NCBI GenBank assembly: GCA_041567895.1
Contig: JBFGAX010000002.1
Coordinates: 26,152 to 90,151, forward strand
From: Acidimicrobiia bacterium
GTDB taxonomy: Bacteria; Actinomycetota; Acidimicrobiia; Spongiisociales; SHLN01
Length of the DNA stretch: 64,000 nucleotides
Direction of reading: 5' to 3'
The notes beneath the pieces are model-generated. The model did not search any database, was not told the DNA's origin, and saw only the letters and a program-made list of their open reading frames with translations. Every line of letters starts with the position of its first letter. Position 1 is the stretch's first letter. The position numbers and the translations under genes are program-made. Below, in pieces: positions 58,252 through 64,000 of the stretch.

Positions 58252-58380
58252 TCAACCGGAGTTTTGACCTCCGAAACGGACCCCGGATGAAATCGGCCCG
58301 TTCAGATTGTGGGGCAGTCCGAGCGGGCAGCGATGGCGCGGCAGATACAATGGCACTGCCTAAGAAAGGACCGAATCAGG

Positions 58381-58665
58381 ATGAGCTTCCTCGACAAAGC
58401 ACGAGATGCAATGGGAGATATGGCCGACAAGGTGGCCGATGGGGTTGAAAAAGTGACCGACTTCGTCGACGAAAAGACGGATGGAAAGTTTTCAGAACAG
58501 CTCGACAAGGTCGACGACATGGCCGAAAAGCTGGCCGACAAGATCGACGGCGACGAGATGGAAGCCGCCAAGGACGCTGCTGGTGATGCAGTCGATTCTG
58601 CAAAAGAAGCCGCAGGCGAAATGATGGACGCAGCCGAGGATGCTGCCGAGGATGCCGTCGAGTAG
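58381..58665 (+). CDS. Small Rv0909-like protein (antitoxin-like family), paralog 2
   Basis: MSFLDKARDAMGDMADKV...FVDEKTDGKFSEQLDKVDD resembles the conserved FVDEKTGGKY core of mycobacterial Rv0909-type proteins. Confidence 0.55.
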   Translation: MSFLDKARDAMGDMADKVADGVEKVTDFVDEKTDGKFSEQLDKVDDMAEKLADKIDGDEMEAAKDAAGDAVDSAKEAAGEMMDAAEDAAEDAVE

Positions 58666-58690
58666 CGCGAACGTGACCTGCTGGTCAACG

Positions 58691-58728
58691 AACAATGCCC
58701 CGGGTTACCCGGGGCATTGTTCTGTTGT
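58691..58728 (+). terminator. Intrinsic terminator
   Basis: AACAATGCCCCGGG-tta-CCCGGGGCATTGTT, a perfect 14-bp stem, followed by CTGTTGT. Confidence 0.6.
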
Positions 58729-58754
58729 AGGTACGGTTAACGGGAGGAGGCACT

Positions 58755-59192
58755 GTGGATGAGTTCTTGTCTGCGGCGATCAACGAGGCATTGGTCGGTG
58801 CAGAGGAGGGGGGTATTCCGATCGGTTCCGTTCTGGTGATTGACGGCGAAATCGTGGGACGTGGCCACAACCGTCGGGTCCAGAAGGCGAGTCCAGTGTT
58901 ACACGCCGAGATGGACTGTCTCGAACATGCCGGGCGCCTGTCTGCGGCCGATTATCGGCGGTCGGTCCTGTATTCGACATTGTCTCCCTGTGACATGTGT
59001 AGCGGGGCAGTTTTGCTGTACGACATACCGCGTGTCGTCATCGGCGAGAACCGAACGTTTCGAGGGCCCGAGGAGTACGTTGCATCGCGTGGTGTCGTAC
59101 TCCAAATCGTCAACGATGAGACGTGCATGCGCCTGATGAGCGATTTCATCGAGAACAATCCGGAGCTGTGGAACGAAGATATCGGGGTTTGA
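58755..59192 (+). CDS. Cytosine deaminase of the CDA fold (yeast Fcy1-like) / nucleoside deaminase
   Basis: HAE...PCxxC zinc motif (LHAEMDCL, LSPCDMCSGA) and C-terminal FIENNPELWNEDIG closely paralleling Fcy1 (FIDERPQDWFEDIGE); GTG start with GGGAGGAGG RBS. Confidence 0.75.
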   Translation: MDEFLSAAINEALVGAEEGGIPIGSVLVIDGEIVGRGHNRRVQKASPVLHAEMDCLEHAGRLSAADYRRSVLYSTLSPCDMCSGAVLLYDIPRVVIGENRTFRGPEEYVASRGVVLQIVNDETCMRLMSDFIENNPELWNEDIGV

Positions 59193-59203
59193 ATGAACGC
59201 CGT

Positions 59204-61468
59204 CTAGTCAGAGTCGACACCTGCGGCTCGCAGAAGTGCCGCAGCTCCAGCTTTGTCGAGCGGGTCGTTGAAGTTCCCACACTTTGGCGACTGTACGCAT
59301 GAAGGACATCCGCTCACACAAGGGCATTCATTGATGACCCGAAGCGTGGCAAGCAGGAGGTCGGCCGCCCGATCGAAACCAATCGGGGCTATACCGGATC
59401 CGCCGGCGTGACCGTCGTAGATGAACCATCCAGCACCGGCTTCGAGATCGGGGTGAAACGGGGTTGATATTCCTCCGATGTCCCAGCGATCGCAAATGGC
59501 GAAGAGCGGCATCATCCCGATGGCCGCGTGTTCGGCGGCATGAAGAGTTCCCGGTATCTCACGGGGTCCGATCCCTGCCTCGTCGAACAGTGCATCCGGA
59601 ATTGTGAACCAGAAGGCTTGAGTCTCGTAGGTCTGCGGTGGCAGTTCGAGGTACTCCATACCGAGGTTCTCGCCACCGCGTCGCGATTTGCGCTTGAAAC
59701 CGGTGATCTGGGATTCGACTTGCACCCGGCCGTGTGCCAGGCCGACGGCTCCCAGCGGACGATGTTCGGTGACCTCTAGAACTTCGATCCACTTGTCCTC
59801 TTTGGGTTCTGTGTAATAGCCGAGGGTCTCTTCGCTGACGCGAGCCTCCGATCGATCGAGGTCGAGTTTGTGTACGAGATAGCTCGACCCCTGGTGAAGG
59901 TACACGGCTCCTTCATGAACCTGACCGTAGGCCTGGGTTCGCCCAACGGTGCCGAGCAATTCACCGCGACGGCCGTCAATGATCGAAATCGGTGGTCCAC
60001 CCGACGAGCGGAGGCCGATGCCGGACGCGGGTGACGCTCCTCGACCCCAGATGAGCCCTCCGGCTCCGAGCCGCAGGCGCCCTTGAGCCACGAGTCGTGT
60101 GCCTGCCTCCTCGAGGTGGTCACCAAAGAAGCGCCTGTCAGCCGGCTCTAGCGGAAGCTCATAAGCCGCACAGGTGAGATGACCGTCGAGAATCAGAGGG
60201 TTGGTGGGGTTGATAACGCCTGCCTCCGGTGCTCTGGAAAACAGTTGCTCGGGATGATGCATGAAGTACTGGTCGAGTGCGTCGGAGCCGCCGACCAGAA
60301 CGGCAATGGATTCGGCCCGAGAACGCCCGGCACGCCCCGCCTGCTGTCGCAGAGATGCGATCGTTCCGGGATACGTCGTCAGGATCGCCGCCTCGAGGCC
60401 TCCGATATCGATGCCAAGCTCGAGCGCGTTTGTCGTCACGACGCCAATCAGCTCTCCCGCAAACAATCGCCGTTCGGTTTCTCGCCGGTCGGCCGCCTTG
60501 TAGCCTCCTCGATAAGGTGCCACGCGGTCGGCGAGCGCCGATGGCAGCCGATCTCTCACCCTGGCATAGATGAGCTCGGTTGCCTTTCGGCTCCTGGCAA
60601 ACACGATCGTGGGATGCCCCTGCTCGACGATTCGAGCCATGACTTCCGCTGATTCGGCAACCGGGCTGCCGCGATCGCCGCTTTCGGGGTCATCGGCGTC
60701 GAGCGGAGGGTTCCACAACACCCAGTGTTTGCGACCCGTCGGGGAATCGTCGCGGTCGACAACCGCCACTTCATCACCGATCAGCCCGGAAGCCAGATCA
60801 TCCGGATTGCCGATGGTGGCCGAGGTGAACACGAACGTCGGCTGAGATCCATAGTGATCGGCGATGCGCCGGAGCCTTCGCAGAGTCATGGAAACATGGG
60901 TTCCGAACACTCCCCGCAACATGTGCATCTCATCTACAACGACAAAGCGAAGGCGGTGGAAAAAGTCGGCCCATCGGGCATGGTTGGGCAGAATGCCGAT
61001 GTGCAACATGTCCGGGTTGGTGAGCAGCACATTGGCATGCTTGCGCACCCAGGTGCGTTGAGATCTATCGGTGTCCCCGTCGTAGGTCGCAGCGACCAGA
61101 TTCTTCTGGTCGAAGATTGCAAAACCCCTCAGCTGATCTTGAGCGAGGGCTTTGGTCGGGTACATGGCGATTGCCGTCGATTTCGGTTCCTCCTCAATGG
61201 CCTCGGCGATCGGAATCTGGTAGGCAAGTGATTTTCCTGAGGCCGTCCCGGCAACGACGACGGTGTGGTTTCCGCCCCGCACCAGCTCAACGGCCTCAGC
61301 CTGGTGACCGTACAGCCCTGAGATCTGCAGAGACGCCAGCCGGGCGCGCACTCCCGGCGACAGGTCGATGTCGGCATAGACCGGCGAGCGCTCGGGGGTG
61401 ATCTCGATGTGGGCCAATCGGCCGGCGACGTCGGGGTCGTCGCGCCACTCCTTGATCAGCCGGTCCAT
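59204..61468 (-). CDS. DEAD/DEAH-box helicase with C-terminal DUF1998 Zn-binding domain (helicase/secretion-neighbourhood type; MrfA/YprA-like)
   Basis: Motif I AGTASGKS, motif II VVDEMH, motifs III (SAT) and VI (QAGRAGR); C-terminal CPCVSGCPSC...C cysteine cluster. Start chosen at MDRLIKEW (complement 61466-61468). Confidence 0.85.
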   Translation of the reverse strand: MDRLIKEWRDDPDVAGRLAHIEITPERSPVYADIDLSPGVRARLASLQISGLYGHQAEAVELVRGGNHTVVVAGTASGKSLAYQIPIAEAIEEEPKSTAIAMYPTKALAQDQLRGFAIFDQKNLVAATYDGDTDRSQRTWVRKHANVLLTNPDMLHIGILPNHARWADFFHRLRFVVVDEMHMLRGVFGTHVSMTLRRLRRIADHYGSQPTFVFTSATIGNPDDLASGLIGDEVAVVDRDDSPTGRKHWVLWNPPLDADDPESGDRGSPVAESAEVMARIVEQGHPTIVFARSRKATELIYARVRDRLPSALADRVAPYRGGYKAADRRETERRLFAGELIGVVTTNALELGIDIGGLEAAILTTYPGTIASLRQQAGRAGRSRAESIAVLVGGSDALDQYFMHHPEQLFSRAPEAGVINPTNPLILDGHLTCAAYELPLEPADRRFFGDHLEEAGTRLVAQGRLRLGAGGLIWGRGASPASGIGLRSSGGPPISIIDGRRGELLGTVGRTQAYGQVHEGAVYLHQGSSYLVHKLDLDRSEARVSEETLGYYTEPKEDKWIEVLEVTEHRPLGAVGLAHGRVQVESQITGFKRKSRRGGENLGMEYLELPPQTYETQAFWFTIPDALFDEAGIGPREIPGTLHAAEHAAIGMMPLFAICDRWDIGGISTPFHPDLEAGAGWFIYDGHAGGSGIAPIGFDRAADLLLATLRVINECPCVSGCPSCVQSPKCGNFNDPLDKAGAAALLRAAGVDSD

Positions 61469-61650
61469 CCGCACGAGGGTAGGCCACGGGTCGGACAATT
61501 GGAGCAGTGCTCGACAGAACTTCACTGACGCGAGATCCGGTAGCCTTGACCGGCCATGGCTCACGTCGAACCTCCAATCAAGCGACGCCCCACCTGGGTA
61601 CAGTCCGATCGCCCGGTACCGACGCTGTTCGTCAGGCCGGTGCGACGCTT

Positions 61651-62920
61651 CATGGACCTCGAAGCGTCGTCCGGCGTCGTGTTGCTCATCATGGCTGTCG
61701 TGGCGCTGATCTGGGCGAATTCGGCGTTCGCAGATTCCTACTTCGGATTGCTCGATTACCACGTGGTTGTGGAGTTGGGTGACCTGCACATCCTGGACGA
61801 ATCGATCAAGCATCTGATCAATGATGGACTGATGGTGTTGTTCTTCTTCGTGGTAGGCATGGAGATCAAGCGAGAGCTGGTCATCGGTGAGCTGAACGAT
61901 GCCAAAACAGCCGCCCTCCCGGCCATTGCCGCACTCGGGGGGATGGTCGTGCCCGCCCTGATCTACGTGGCGTTTGCGGCCGGGATCGAAGACGCCGGAT
62001 CGGGTTGGGGGATTCCCATGGCAACCGACATCGCGTTTTCAGTGGGCATCGTTGCGTTGCTCGGGAGCAGGGTCCCTCTCACGGCCAAGCTCTTTTTGCT
62101 CGCGTTGGCGATCGTCGATGACATCGGCGCCATAGCGGTCATCGCCATTTTCTATACGAGCGACCTTGCTTTCGGTTGGCTCTTGGCAGCAATCGGGATG
62201 CTGGCGCTCATCTACGTGCTCTCACGCACGAGCGTGCGGCTCACGGGGGTCTACTGGGTATTGGGGATTCTGGCGTGGTATTTCATGTTGGAGAGCGGAG
62301 TGCACGCAACGCTGGCGGGCGTGGCGATCGGTCTGATAACACCGGCAAGGCCTTTCTATTCGAGCCGTGAGTACGATGCGCTGGCGAGGCGCACGATCGA
62401 GTTGTATTCGGCTGACGAAACGACTCAGGACGCCCGCGAAGAGGTCGATTTCGAAGTCCTGCAGCTCGCGAAAGTTGCTCGCGATTCCGTTGCCCCGCTG
62501 ACGAGGCTGGAGCATGCACTGGCGCCCTGGACGTCGTTTTTCGTCGTTCCACTTTTTGCACTTGCGAACGCCGGGATCAGCTTCGATGGCGTTGACATCG
62601 GAGAGGCGATAACGAGTGGGGTGGCGCTCGGTGTGGCGCTCGGCCTGGTGTTGGGCAAGACATTCGGAGTGACGTTGTTTGCATGGCTGGCTGTGAAAGC
62701 TGGAATCGGCAGCATGCCGCGGGGTGCCAACTGGCGGATGATGACCGGACTCGCGATGCTGGCCGGCGTCGGGTTCACGGTATCGCTGTTCATCACTGAA
62801 CTGGCGTTCGAAGCCCAATCGCCTCTCGTCGATCTGGCCAAGATCGGAATTTTCATCGGATCCGCCGTTGCCGGGGTAGGTGGCTATCTGTTGCTTCGCA
62901 TGCGATCGAGAACGGCCTGA
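61651..62920 (+). CDS. nhaA: Na+/H+ antiporter NhaA
   Basis: NhaA N-terminus (FxxxExxSGxxLL...ALxWANS) and conserved DD motif region (LALAIVDDIGAI). ATG 61651 chosen; ORF opens at 61556. Confidence 0.85.
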
Positions 62921-63007
62921 CCGAACCAATTTCTTCGCGAGCTGCCTCGACGATCGCCCTATACTCGCCGAGATTTTTCCCCCCTTAGGAGCAGGTACGT
63001 GGATCCG

Positions 63008-64000
63008 GATATTTGGGTTTGGCTGGCCGGCGCATCAGCGATAGCGGCGTTGGTGCTCGCAACCGTGTTCGCCAGGCAGGTAGTTGCTGCTGACCCTGGC
63101 AACGTGCGCATGGTCGAGATCGGTGATGCCATCAGGGAGGGCGCCATGGCGTTCCTCAAGCGTGAATACACCTGGATCTCGGGGTTTGTCGTGATCATGA
63201 CCATCCTGATTCTCACGCTCCTCGACAACGGTGGGGCGAAGGCGGTGGCCTATGTCTTCGGTGCATTGCTGTCGGCATTTGCCGGTTTCGTCGGCATGAG
63301 GATTGCCACGGCCGCCAACAACCGGACCGCCGAAGCCGCCCGCATTGGCGGGGTGCAGGCTGCTCTGCCTCTCGCTTTTCGTGGTGGGGCGGTCATGGGA
63401 TTCTCGGTTGCAGGCCTCGGCTTGTTCGGATTCGTGCTGATGTTCCTGCTCTGGGTCAACTGGGTTGAGATCGACTTGCCTTTCGATGTCGTGGCGGCCA
63501 TGGGCCTCGGAGCTTCCTCGATTGCCCTCTTCGCACGCGTGGGCGGTGGCATCTATACCAAGGCGGCTGACGTTGGCGCCGACCTGGTTGGCAAGGTCGA
63601 AGCCGGTATTCCGGAAGACGACCCTCGCAATCCAGCAACGATTGCGGACAACGTCGGCGACAACGTTGGCGACGTGGCGGGTATGGGCGCCGACCTTTTC
63701 GAGAGCTACGTAGGTTCGCTGGTTGCTCCGATCGTGTTCGCAGCCGTCGCGTTTCAGGGCCAGGAATTCCTTCCGGCAGCCATAGCGTTCCCGCTCGCGA
63801 TTGCCGCGGTTGGCATGGTTGCCTCGATAGTCGGAGCGTTCCTCGTCAAGCCGAGAAGCGCCGACGACCTGGCCGCGGCACTTCACCGCGGTACCAACAT
63901 GGCGATGTTGCTCGCTGCCGTTGCGGCGCTGGTCGTTGCATTCCTGCTCTTCGGTGACACTGCCGGGGTCGATAATCCAATCGGACTGTGGCTTGCGGTC
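63008..64000 (+). CDS. hppA: Membrane-bound H+-translocating pyrophosphatase (HppA), N-terminal part; runs off the window end
   Basis: GTG 63008 with TAGGAGCAGG RBS. Translation VDPDIWVWLAGASAIAALVL...IGDAIREGAMAFLKREY...GVQAALPLAFRGGAVMG matches V-PPase helices 1-5. No stop inside the window. Confidence 0.85.

Noticed and set aside
63035-63886. 283-aa minus-strand ORF at the window end
   Set aside because: Antisense shadow of the hppA coding region, whose N-terminus matches H+-PPase strongly.
1-64000. CRISPR arrays, IS elements, integrases, tRNA/rRNA genes
   Set aside because: No regularly spaced direct repeats, no transposase/integrase-like ORFs, and no cloverleaf-compatible or rRNA-like segments were seen in the intergenic regions on reading; window appears to be core chromosome.

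Overview
High-GC (~62-65%) chromosomal window, densely coding on both strands, with an actinobacterial-type gene repertoire (inference: Actinobacteria, possibly Acidimicrobiia-like). Gene content in order along the window: (1) a lipid-metabolism cluster of partial WS/DGAT, lipoprotein, two acyl-CoA dehydrogenases and a sirtuin; (2) a TRAP transporter dctQMP divergent from a lipoprotein S1 protease; (3) a DEAD-box helicase and a dodecin/alkyltransferase-like pair; (4) LLM oxidoreductase, cyclophilin and a cytoplasmic hybrid histidine kinase; (5) BON-LysM protein and a large secreted repeat/glycosidase-like protein; (6) MoeA; (7) a contiguous caa3-type cytochrome oxidase operon ctaCDEF; (8) rmlB/rmlA-like; (9) principal sigma factor; (10) a five-gene minus-strand operon of DUF853 HerA-like ATPase, lipoprotein, PG-binding membrane-fusion adaptor and MacB-like ABC ATPase and permease; (11) manA, tldD/pmbA, tandem crcB fluoride channels, GDPD, leuCD, methyltransferase, HAD hydrolase; (12) a Tad/Flp pilus locus (CpaE-like, tadA, tadB, tadC, flp, two tadE-like) next to a DUF1998 DEAH helicase (the 'helicase/secretion neighbourhood'); (13) Fcy1-type cytosine deaminase, NhaA and a partial H+-pyrophosphatase. 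No rRNA/tRNA, CRISPR, transposase or integrase was recognised. The most notable observations are the DUF853-ATPase/MacAB-like operon, the Tad-helicase neighbourhood with coupled small ORFs, two orphan Rv0909-like small proteins, an extended CtaD, a structured intergenic region after manA, and an in-frame 12-nt coding repeat.
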